DNA from: Geosiphon pyriformis uo1
Taxonomy: Eukaryota > Fungi > Glomeromycota
Assembly: GCA_016748015.1 (NCBI GenBank)
Contig: JAAOMT010000211.1
Coordinates: 116,248 to 180,247, forward strand
DNA length: 64,000 nt
Direction of reading: 5' to 3'
Positions 51,764 to 63,829 of this stretch are shown here, one piece after another; the first letter of the stretch is position 1, and every line of letters begins with the position of its first letter. Made by a program: the position numbers and the translations under genes. Under the pieces are notes generated by a model, which saw only the letters and a program-made list of their open reading frames with translations, had not been told where the DNA came from and did no database searches.

Positions 51764-54700
51764 CTTCTTTCTCTCTTACCTCCACAAATCCCCAAAAAGC
51801 GCATTTTTTGGAAAAAGAAGTTTTTTGTTTTTTTTAGTCTATATCAATATTTTTTTACCTAATAGCAACCCATTTTTCGTGGAGACTACTGCTAGTAGTA
51901 CCACACCTAAGAAAAAGGCTCCTAAGGGTGCTTTTCAAAATCCTGTTGGTGGCTTCTTTTCTCAGAAGAAAAAGGTTGTTCTTGGTAATGTGAAACATTC
52001 TGGTGATGAAAAGAATATATCTTTGAGCAAAGCTAGATCTAGTGGCAATGTGTATTCTGATGTGGAGAGTCTCTCTGGTGAGGATGAGGATGTTAGCATG
52101 TCTGAGACAGATGGTGGGTTTTTTTTGGGTTCAGCAGCTACTACATCCAAGGCAAAGCAAGTTAACACTGGTGCTGGTTTTGGTTCTTCGCTTGGCTTTT
52201 CTAATTTTCATATGAATGATAATGAAGTTGTGCTTCCTTCTCGCTTGTCTATCTTTTTAGAAAAAAAATGGATCGACCCTAAAATTATCAAGACTTCTGT
52301 GGAAGTGTCAATTAAAAAGTCATTTGCTTTGGATATTAGTCTCTCAGCTGTGGAGGATAAATTAACAACAGTTAAGACTCAGTTAATTAGAAAAATTTTC
52401 TCAACAATCAATGGTTTTGGAGGGGCCACTACCCTCTCAAAATTTGAAAGGATCATCAGATCAACGTTTACATCAGAAAAGAGCATGGAAATGGCTGCAT
52501 CATTGGCCAGGGAAAATAAAATTGTCGTAAACACCAATCTCAAAAAACAAGAAGTGCATTCAGATCGGGCTGTAGTGATCAAAGAAATTCTCATGAATAT
52601 GCCTAAAGATATGATTGTTGCTGCAGTCGCCGCAGTTGCCGAGTTTGGTGAAATTAAGTTGATCAGAATTCAATTAATTGGAATGTGGCAAAAGGCTGTG
52701 GTAGAGTTCACCGAATCAAGTCAAGCCAATCTGCTGGCATCAAAATAGTCATTTCTGATTGGAAAAAATTCAGTACGTGTTGCCAAAGCTGTAGGGGATT
52801 GTGATATTTGGGCATCAAGAGATTGGTTTAAGGCACTGTTGTTTACTTTGCCAGTAGGAACAACTGCACATAATCTTGGTACCCTTTTGGAAAAGGCTGA
52901 AAGAAAAACTTGCATCATCAATTGTTCATTAGAAACTGGTTGGTTTTGAATCTAATGAAGAGTTGGAATCTGCTTTTCTTACTGAGCCTATTTTCAATGG
53001 CGTTCGTCTTTCTTGGGCTAGGTTAGATTTGGTTCAGTGTGGGAAGTATGGGTGTTTTGGTCATTTGGTCTTGGAGTGTAATGTCTCTGATATTCTATCT
53101 CTTATATCTTCCGAATTGTTGAAAAGACTTTCTCTTGGTACAAATTGTCTTCAGCTAGCAAGATTGTATGCCAAGAAAAATGTTCCCATCTCTTGCCCTA
53201 CTGCCTTTGGTAGCAAATCATAAGCTCAAGTGGTGTCTAGTGCTTCCTCTTCTGGTGGCTCTCCTTCCAGTTCTGGTTTGTTTTCTGGTGGCATGCCTCC
53301 CATTGTGGGCCCCTCTAGTCATTAGATTGTTGGTCTAAATGATTATTTGGCGGTATTAGAATGCTCTTTGGAGATTTTTTCAGATCAAGTTTCTGTTATT
53401 CTTAAAAAATTGAGTTTCGTTGAACTGGTGCTATTGGCAGCTCCTTTTTGTGCTCCTTCTTTGGCTGTTTCTGTGCCTTTGGCTCCAGTTGTGGATTCGG
53501 ATATGGCTTTGGATAATGTGTTGGTTTTGGCTGATCCTCTCTTTTCTGATAGTAGTGAATCTGCTACTATTCTCAGTTCAAGTGGTTTAAAAGTCCTTAC
53601 CTCCAAGGTGAGTGGTTTGGAATTTAAGATGTCTACTCTAGAGGCTTTATTTGGTTCAATTCTGGTGAAGTTAGATCTCTTGTGTTCTGGTTCGGGTTTG
53701 TCTTTGGTCTCTTTATTCCAATGAGTGACTTGGTTTGGAAGGTGGCTATGTGTAATGTTCATGGCATCAACACTCCTGCTAAACAAGAGAATGTTGTGTG
53801 CTGGTATTTTGATTCTGGAAATTTGATTTTGATCATCACAAAAACAAAGTTGAGGTCTTCAACTAGGCTGTGAATTGCGAATAAATTTGACAGTGTGCGA
53901 ATTTTCTCTTTGGGTTTGAATAAAAGTTTTCTTGATGCTAGGGTGGCTATTATTATGGCCAACTCTTTGGCCTGTTATGTCACTAGGATTGAGGAGATTT
54001 CTGGTCATGTTGTGGTAGTGCATTTTTTATTCAAGAATAAGCTTTTGGTGTCTGTTGTTGGTTTGTATACAGGTGCATCTTCTGGAACTCGTTTTGGTCA
54101 GGTTTCTAAAATGAACTCTGTCATTGCTAAGGCTGTTAACTCCAGCTGTTTTGTTATTTTGGGTGGGAATTTCAATGAAAATAGATTTGGAAGAAGCACG
54201 AGTTTCAAATTCTGTTTGGGGTTGGATTTGGTCAATTTGTTTGCTGGCCACTCTTTGGTCAGTACTTCTACATGGAGCAACTCTAGGGGGGTTAAAAAGA
54301 CTATTGATTTCATTTTTGTTAGTGAGAGTTTGGCTTCTGCTGTCACTGGTCATAGAGTTGGCTCTGTTTCTGACTTTTTTGATACTGATCATTGTGTAGT
54401 TTCTGTCTCTGTTGGTTTGGGTGGCCTCTTGGATGGCTGGTTGAATAGCTTGCACAAGCAGGCTAACAAAGATTGCTGGAAGTTTCTCATTAAGGCTGTT
54501 GATAGGACCAAATGGTCTCGGTTTAGGGACTGTGCTTCTGCCAAGCTTTTGGCTGTGTCTGGTGAGTTTTTGGACACTCTGGCTCGTGCTAATGTGGATG
54601 GCATATGGGTACTTTTGGAAAAGGTGTTGGTGGATTCAGTAAATGAGATATTTTTGAGGCATTGGTTCAGTGAGTTTTAGTGTTTCAGAACTGTCTCTTA

Positions 54701-57700
54701 TACACATCTTCACAAAAACAAAGTTGAGGTCTTCAACTAGGCTGTGAATTGCGAATAAATTTGACAGTGTGCGAATTTTCTCTTTGGGTTTGAATAAAAG
54801 TTTTCTTGATGCTAGGGTGGCTATTATTATGGCCAACTCTTTGGCCTGTTATGTCACTAGGATTGAGGAGATTTCTGGTCATGTTGTGGTAGTGCATTTT
54901 TTATTCAAGAATAAGCTTTTGGTGTCTGTTGTTGGTTTGTATACAGGTGCATCTTCTGGAACTCGTTTTGGTCAGGTTTCTAAAATGAACTCTGTCATTG
55001 CTAAGGCTGTTAACTCCAGCTGTTTTGTTATTTTGGGTGGGAATTTCAATGAAAATAGATTTGGAAGAAGCACGAGTTTCAAATTCTGTTTGGGGTTGGA
55101 TTTGGTCAATTTGTTTGCTGGCCACTCTTTGGTCAGTACTTCTACATGGAGCAACTCTAGGGGGGTTAAAAAGACTATTGATTTCATTTTTGTTAGTGAG
55201 AGTTTGGCTTCTGCTGTCACTGGTCATAGAGTTGGCTCTGTTTCTGACTTTTTTGATACTGATCATTGTGTAGTTTCTGTCTCTGTTGGTTTGGGTGGCC
55301 TCTTGGATGGCTGGTTGAATAGCTTGCACAAGCAGGCTAACAAAGATTGCTGGAAGTTTCTCATTAAGGCTGTTGATAGGACCAAATGGTCTCGGTTTAG
55401 GGACTGTGCTTCTGCCAAGCTTTTGGCTGTGTCTGGTGAGTTTTTGGACACTCTGGCTCGTGCTAATGTGGATGGCATATGGGTACTTTTGGAAAAGGTG
55501 TTGGTGGATTCAGTAAATGAGATATTTTTGAGGCATTGGTTCAGTGAGTTTTAGTGTTTTAGGAACAAATTCTCTTTTAAGTTTTTCAGGTTAGAACTGT
55601 TAGTTGCTAAAGTTGTTAAAGAGCTGGGGTTGGGCGATTTGCGAAGAGTCAATCAGTTTATCAATGTCTGGGCCAAACTGAATGGTGGTAAGGCTGCTGT
55701 GATTGCTAATATGATCCAGGTTGGTGGCAAGTCTTTGGATGTCTTAAAGCAATTGTCATTATTTCAGAAGGAATACAGGAAATCCAAGATGTATGAATCA
55801 AAGTTGGCTGAAGAAGCTTCTGTTTGGAAGGCCATTGAGTGCCGCATAAAAAAATTTTGTTTTGATAAGAGTGCAATGATTAGAAGTGTGTTGGATCGGC
55901 CTTTCCACAAGGTAGTTCTCAATCGTTTGGTTGTTGATAATAAATTGGTATTGGAGCCGGGTATGATAAAACTTGGTGTTGATAAGATCATAGAAGGCTG
56001 GACTAAGAAGAGAATAGTGTCTTCAGTTGTGCCTAATGTTTGGGCTTATCAGTATGCTTTGTTAGATTATATAAGGGATGATGCTTTTTTGGGTGTGATG
56101 TGCTCGATCAATATGAGTGAGTTGCTTTTGGTGGTTAATAATTTATCTGATGGTAAGGCTGCTGGTCTGTCTGGTATTTCTAATGAGTTGTAGAAGCACT
56201 GTGGTGACATGGTGTTGAAGTGTCTTTTGGGTTTGCTAAATTTATGTTTGACTATGGGGGATGTGCTTGTTTTGTGAAAAAGAGCTTGGGTTTTCATGAT
56301 CCCTAAGCCTTATGACTGGGATGGAATTCTCACAAACACTTGATCCATTGCTCTTATCAAAATGACCAGGAAGATTTTCTCCAAGATTTTGTCAGATCAT
56401 ATTTCTTTGGCATACAGCAAGTTCAGTATTCTTCAAGGTGATAATTTCTCAGTGCTTAAGGATACTTCTACACAATCTCTGGTGTTTGCAATTTGGTCTG
56501 TAATTAAAAATGCTCTTGAAAAGAACAGAGAGATTTGGTTGGTCTTGCAGAATATGTACAAAGCATACAACTCAGTTGGATGGCACCATTTAAGGGCAAG
56601 CTTGCAGCATATCAAAATGTGTAAGAGATTTGTGTCATTTTTTGGTAACATTTATGAAAATAGAGTTAATAGAGTAATGATGGACTTTGGGTTTTCAAAT
56701 GGTTATGTGGTGCATGATGGGTTAGATCAGAGTGAAGTCTTCTCGCCTCTCTTGTGGATAATTTTTTATGACTCACTTCTGTGTGAGGTTAAAAGACATA
56801 AACAGTTTTTTGGATACCAAATAGATTCCAGATTTGTTTTGAGGTCAGGCCATATTGAGAGTGGTGGTGGGTTCTTTTCTTATTTTGTGGCTGGTGCTTT
56901 TGTTGATGATACAATATGGATTGGAAACTGTCAAACTGCTACTCAGAATATTTTGAACATTGCAAGTGAGTTTTTTGTCCTTAATAACATTTTTATCAAC
57001 AATAAAAAGACTGTGGCCATTCCAATTAATCAGGGTGTTAGGATTGCTTCTTTGAGTATTAGTGGTCTTTCCATCTCAATTGCTAAAAAAGGTGAGGCTC
57101 ATCATTATCTGGAGATCTTTCTATCTACTGATGGGCTTTCAAAGCCAAGTCTGGCCAAGGCACATTCTGATGTTTGTTTTTTTACTAATGTGGTTCTTAG
57201 AAAGACTATTACTGACAAGCAGTTTTCATATTTGGTGTCAGCTGTCTTGCAGCCTATTGTCAGCTATCACACTCAGTTCAGCTTTGTTTTATCGTCTATA
57301 TGCTGCAAATAAAATATGATGTTGAAAAAGGGTCCTAAGTCCAAAGCTGATTTGTCTCGTGATTTTCCCATTGAGACTTTGTGTTATCCTTTTTTGTATG
57401 GCCTAAAATTTTTTGAGCAGGTGCAGTCCAAAGGAAAGTTGGCTGCCTTGATTTTATTTTCCAATTCTTTTGGTGTTCTTGGATGTTTGTTTGAGCATAG
57501 GTTTCTTGATTTGCAGGTTCTGGAATGGTTTCCTCTGAACCTTTTACAGTTTCTTGTTAGATTGTGTGTTAGTCCTATAAATAATTTTTTGGCTGGTGTG
57601 GTTAGGATTTTTCTGTGTAATGAGCTGTCTCTGGCCAATAATTTGTCCAATGTGTTCCATAGTCCTGGTTGCTTTTCTGTGTCTTCTATTCTGAGAGGTT

Positions 57701-59417
57701 CTTTATTCTTTGATTCTGTTTATTTATTGAAGTGGTTTGGTGTGGCTTTTGGTGATAGACTGTTTGACAAAAAAGGATGTGTTATGAGTTGGGAAACTTT
57801 TCGGCACTGGAAAAGGCTGGATCCAAAAAGTCCTACTTTTCACTAGTTTAAAGTAGTGTCTGAGTTTTTTTGTGGTGGGGGCGCTTCTATGGCTGTCTCT
57901 GTGGAGTCTGCTTGTCCTTCTAGTTTAAGTGTTTTGGATACCAAGGAGTTTTCTGTTGTTCAGAATGGGTTACATGAGATTTGGTTTGGTTCTTTTAAGG
58001 TTTTTATGGATGGTTCTGTTAGGAATTATGGTTGTGCTAATGTAGTTAGTGGAATGGCTGCTTATTTTCCTGCAATTGATTTAAGTGTTGGCATTAGAGT
58101 TCTTGGGCTGTTGTTTTCTACTATGGCTGAACTGCAGGCCATCGCTTTGGCTTTGGAGTACATTCTTTTTTCTTGTTCTGTTGTATTGCATTCTAATAAT
58201 CAGGTGGCCATTGATGTATGCATTTCTGAAATATCATTATCTGTGCCTGATTTCTGCTCTTCATGTTGGTTGGAGAGGCACTGGATTTTTAATTTGGTTT
58301 ATAACAAGGATCTTTCTGTTTATTGGGTCAAGATTAAGGGACATTCTGAAGTTCATGACAATGTTAGGGCGGATGCTGCTGCTGAAGATGCTGCTCTCTC
58401 TTGATTTTCTTTGCCTGTTGGTGTTAGTAAGTGTTTTTTGGTTGCTGAAGACACACCTGTGTTTGGTAATGCTCGTCATTTTGTTTAGAATTTGTTTAGA
58501 TTCATTTGTCATGCTTGATGGGAGGCAGGCTCTGGTTGAGACATGATTCCTGCCATGTTGACTGAAACTATTAATTGGGAAGCTACCATTAGGGTGTGGC
58601 ATCTTAATTTATATATGTTTGCTGGTTTTACTAGTCAGAGGTCTTCCTGTCTTCGCACCTACTTGATGAAGACTGTGCACCATCGGATGTCTGTGGCGGT
58701 GAAGAAACAACTGTATAATAAATGTTACCCTGGTGTGCTGTGTTTGCTGTGTTGTGAAGTGGAGTTGTCAGATCATGTTTTCATGTGTTCCTATGATGTG
58801 GAAATTTGGAGGGAGATTTTGGCTGCTGCTTCTGCTGACTGGGTGTCATTTGCTGGATCTTATAGCTTGTCATCTTCTGCTGTTTTGCAGTCTCTTGATT
58901 GGTGTTTTTTGGACATTTGTATTCTGTCTTATGTAAGAGATTTGTGCTGAAGAATTGGTGTGCAGAGGCTATGGAGATTCTCGAGAGTAAAAAAGAGACT
59001 GTTAGTGTTGTAGTTGGTTTTGTTGGGCGTTTTGTTAAGTTGTATTGCTTAAAGGCCTGGTTGGTAAGGTCTGCATACAGGGAAAAAATAGAGGTGGCGG
59101 GTTTGGTTGGTAATGACATGTTGATTTCTGGTTTGTCTCATTGCATGAGCTTTTTGTTGTCCAGCAAAGTGGTGAGGATGCTTGGCATTATTAGCTCTTT
59201 TGCTGTTAGTTTTGGCCATCGTAGGTCTTGTCTCCTTTTTTCTGGTTTGGATGATAGTCTGTATGTTCTTTTAGGTGTGTAATGTTGTCTTGTCTGGCCT
59301 AAATGGCTAGCCCCATGTAGAAAGTGTGTAAGCTGTATTTAGTTTAAGCCTCTTAGTTTGGCTTTATGTACTAGATAGCAGTTGAGCTTTATTTGTTAAT
59401 TGCATTCAAAAAAAAAA
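51764..59417 (+). mobile_element. Full-length LINE copy C (ORF1 ~51825-53724; ORF2 53721-59282), inactivated; contains artefactual duplication
   Basis: Same domain order: RRM-like, CGKYGCFGHLVLEC knuckle, APE, RT (GLDQSEVFSPLLW, GAFVDDTIW), RNase H (FMDGS, ELQAI, KIKGHSE..DNVRAD), CLLCCEVELSDHVFMC. Flanked by A10 on both sides (51754-51763, 59408-59417). Confidence 0.95.
54691..54709 (+). other. Nextera/Tn5 mosaic-end adapter contamination
   Basis: Exact 19-mer CTGTCTCTTATACACATCT at the junction of apparently identical segments 53836-54685 and 54710-55559. Confidence 0.98.
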
Positions 59418-62116
59418 TTTGTATTTTCAACTTAATTGGTAATTTGTTTAAGAATAATAATCAATTTATTAATGCTGTATAACACAAATTAATAATATGC
59501 AAAACCAAAACAGTCTTGTTATATTCAAAAACAATTTAACTATATAACTAGTTATGTACACATAAAAATTATATTATTTAACAACTTAAAATCTTAAGTA
59601 ATTACTTTTATAAAATTCAAAATTTAGCTATTTTTTTAATAAAAACTTTATTTGATGTAAAATAGCATTTGTGATTTTAAATATAAGAATTAAGCTTATA
59701 ATTTAAAAGTAAATTTATTGGTTTTTACTATAAAGTTAACTTTTTTAAGTTCAAAAACATGTAAAAACTCAACTTATTACTTTAATTTACTTTTATATTG
59801 CTTATTTTTGATTTCAACTACTATTGAAAAGCTTTTACTTAAATTAAACTGTAATATTATTTTTGTTGTTTGTGCAAAAAACAATTTATTATATCATAAT
59901 ATTTACTCTTAAATTGTTGAGATTTTTAATGTTTTATCTGGTTTTAGTTCATCATTATTTGCAAATTTTTTCAATCTATTATTCATTTTTTAGCTGTTAT
60001 TTAATCTTTAACATGTATATTTTCAAGCAAAAACATTTATTAAAGCATTTGTTTGATTGTATTTAATATTTGTTTGTCTTTATTTCAATTACTAAATATT
60101 GTATTTTTATGCAATACTTATTTTTCATTTCAAGAGTAATTAATATTAATAACAGATTTTATAACCACAAATGTATTTTGTTTTAAATTTTATATTTGTT
60201 TAATATTTGTATATTAATTGAAAGATTATATATATACATATGTATTTCTATATCTTTAGCAATAAGTTTTAGTATATAATTTATAATATACATATATATA
60301 TGTACAATTTTTAGATTAAAATAATTAGTTTATTTATACAATGATTTTTTAATCGACTTTAATACTTCTTTTTATTATTATTTCTAGGATATAATATTAT
60401 ATTAGTATATCTATATGCTTTTAATATTGCTTTCCATATATGAAATTTTTTTTTGCTTATTTTATAGATAAGTGAATATATTATAGCAAGTATGTAATAA
60501 AATTTTATTATTAAATTGTCTTAATTCATTCAAATAATAAACATATTTTGCTAATTAACCAATGAATTTGTTGTTATTTTACATCTTCCAATTTGTTATT
60601 TGAATATGTATTCTATTTTATAAGAATTAGTCCATTCACTTAAAATAAAAATAAGATTCAAAAGCATTTGATTGTCTAATATTATGTATTGAACCAATAA
60701 ATATTTATAACCAAATAGTATTATATTATTTATATATATTATAATACCAATTTTGTTCTAAATACTATTAGCTAATAAATCTTTATAATACTACAATATA
60801 TTTTTTTCTTTGTAAAAATTAAATGTGTTACTATTTATTTGTTGTAGTGTCAAAGTTTTTTGATCTTTTTTTGTTAACACAAATAAAATAAAGCCATCAG
60901 TTCTAAAAGTTTTAATTTTTAATACAATTACTATATTTTTTCCAATCTTAAAAAAAATAGGTTTTAATATGACTTTAATTAATAGCTTTTCGACTATATT
61001 GTTATTATTGAAACCAAGAACAATTGGTCCAAAATATGCTGTATTTTTTCCAAAAATATTATAATATATATTATTAATTGCTTAAAATAAAATTAAAAAA
61101 ATCTTACTAGTTTTACTTTTATTAGTATAAACAAATTTTGGTTGTAATAGATTTTTTTATTTTAAACAACTGTTATAATAAATTGACATTGATTGAGCAT
61201 ATTGCTAATATGTATATAGAATTGGTATAATATAGATAAAAAAGTAATATTGTTATTTTCTAACTATTAAACCACTCATTAATCATAAACATAAAGATTA
61301 TAATGTAAATTAGGTAATATTATACTCTCTATAAGTAAAAAAATAGTTTTTAAAAATAAGTTTTATATATTTAATAATAGTTATAAGAATTATAATTGGT
61401 ATTTATATTTGAAAATATTTTATTAATTAAATAAATATCACATTTTTCTATTTAATATTAATTATTTAATACTTTTAACTAACAAATTATCAATTAATTA
61501 TATCTGAAAAAATTAAAAAACTCAGTTTTATAACAGTTTTATTATCAATAAATATATTTAAATTTTTTTTTATTACTATATTGTTTATTTGATTTTGTGA
61601 TAAAAAAACTACTAATAGTTAATATTTAAGACTAAACTAAAAAACCATTTGTACAAGTATATCTAATCTTTTAACCAATTTACTAATTTGTTTTGTAAGA
61701 TTAATAAGACTGTTTTTAATTTTTTTAAAACATTTTTTTATTATATTTACAACTATTAAAAGAGATTTAACTTTATATAAAGAACCAAACTAAAAAAAAC
61801 CACTAAAAAATATCTGAAAAAAAAGATTGCCAACTACAAATATATAAGTTTTACTATTAAAAACTATTGAATAAACAACAAAAGTAAACTTTTTATTATA
61901 TATTTTGGCCAACTTAAGCTGGTTCAAAATTAAAAGAAAAGTTTTTTTTTCTATGTATTAATGTATTATCTACTAAATTACAACTAAAAAAAATATAACC
62001 AAGTTTATTACAAACTAAGCAAACAGTTAAAAACAAACAAAATTAATAAAAAATAATGTTTTTTATAATAAGAGCTATAGCTATTGCTTTAATCAGATTT
62101 TTTTCAGAGTTGAAAC

Positions 62117-63253
62117 TAGAGTTCTGATTAAACTGAACTAAACCAAACTTTGAGTGTTGTTTAAATTCAGTTCAAATTACAAACTGAACTTAAACTGAAC
62201 CAATTTTTTAAAGTAAATTTGGTTTGAATTTAGCATTGAATTTTTTTAACAAGTTTAAGTTCAGTTTAAGTCTGGTTTGAAGTTTACAAACTTGTTTAAA
62301 TTTAATAGAATTAAAAAAAAATATAACTTGTATTATTTGTTTATCAATTATTATTTTGTTTAATTATTATAATTAGTTAAAGAAATATATAAAACTATGT
62401 ATGTATAACAACTCCACTTTTTAACTTACCAAAATGAATTCATTGTCAGTATCATTCAATGTTATCAAAAATTCAAAATCCGAAATAATAAAATTTGATA
62501 ATCCAAATAGTTCAAATATTAATATATTTGGTAAACATAGTTTTTAGAATAAAATATAGAACTATTTTAATAAGTTTGAGTGGACAAAAAAAAACAGCTA
62601 AATATACAGTCTTAAAATATGTGTATAAATTATTTTTTACAGAACTACAAATACTATTAAACTCTTATAATATTATTTAAAAGCTTTTTACCAGACAGTA
62701 TATGTTATAATAAAAAAATATTATAAGAAAAGACAAAATATTCAGAATAATTACAAGTCAATTAAAAAAATAGTTTAATGAATAAAATTGCTATTTTTTT
62801 TTATGATTTTTGGCTAATCTAACTAAAAAACTGTTCTAGTTTTCTGTAGTAATTTCTATTAACATTAATAATAAAAAACTTTATAACATAATTACTATTT
62901 GGTTTTTTTTGTAAATATAAATATAATTACAGATATAAGATCTTGTTTAGTGTTTAAAACTATAAGAACAGGACAGTGTTTTCAATTATAAATATAAAAA
63001 CTATTGAAAAAAAAATTAAATAATAATATAATATAATATAATGTTTTTAATAATTGAATCTGAAAATGTTTATGAACTTTAAACTAAACTTAAACCAAAC
63101 TTGTTGTATATGTTTGGATTCAGTTCAAGTTTGGTAATTTTAAGTCTGGTTTAAGTTTAAGTTCGAAATTTTGCCAAATTTTTTATTTAAGTTCAATTTG
63201 GTTTGATGATTTGATTAAACTCAAATCAAACCAGATTAAACATTAGAATTCTA
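62117..63253 (+). mobile_element. Internally deleted, decayed hAT DNA transposon
   Basis: TIRs TAGAGTTCTGAT / ATTAGAATTCTA (10/12). 8-bp TSD GTTGAAAC (62109-62116) / ATTAAAAC (63254-63261). Subterminal AAACTGAAC-type repeats at both ends. Relic BED finger ~62590-62690 and relic dimerisation motif NIITDIRSCLVFKTIRTGQCFQL* ~62920-62995. Confidence 0.8.
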
Positions 63254-63829
63254 ATTAAAACACATAGTAGTACACTTAATACAAATATAGTTAACTAAAT
63301 TATAATTAATAATACATGTTTTTTTACTAATTAAACCAATAAACTTCCAAAAATTATGAGCAGTTGTTTTTACAAGAAATATATAAAGCAAAATCCTAAA
63401 CTTATTTTTGGAATTCTATATTTAATTATTAATATTAGCTTTAATTACACAGACTGTATCTTTTTTAATAAAAATAAACTATTCAAATATCAAAAAATCA
63501 GTCTAATTTTAATTATTTAGTTTTATAATTATCTTTTATTATAGTTTTACTAATTGCATTTTGATCAACTTAATAGTATTATAACTAATAAGTACAATTT
63601 GTATAGTCTTTACAAATAGTTTTACAGAAATTTTTTTTATAATAATTATTTAATTCATATGATTATTTACTGATTACTTAAAATTAGTGTTTATTACAAT
63701 ACTATAATTATTAACCAAATTAGCCATAGTCAATATTGCTTTTTTAGAAATGAAAAATGCCTAAATAATTTTACTAAATTTTAAAGAATTAAAAGTCTTT
63801 TTCAAAACTATTTATATTAAAGAATATAT

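Noticed and set aside
53895-55554. LINE with two endonuclease domains
   Set aside because: Apparently identical copies joined by the Nextera adapter; artefact.
38355-59282. Alternative genetic code explaining the many in-frame stops
   Set aside because: Host genes use TAA and TGA as normal terminators with clean exons; TE stops mostly differ between copies and follow transition mutation.
59420-62108. AT-rich relic with faint coding texture (also 6600-8560 and 16570-17450)
   Set aside because: Probably decayed TE sequence, but I could not recover a diagnostic motif; the short I/L/F/K-rich ORFs here are compositional noise.
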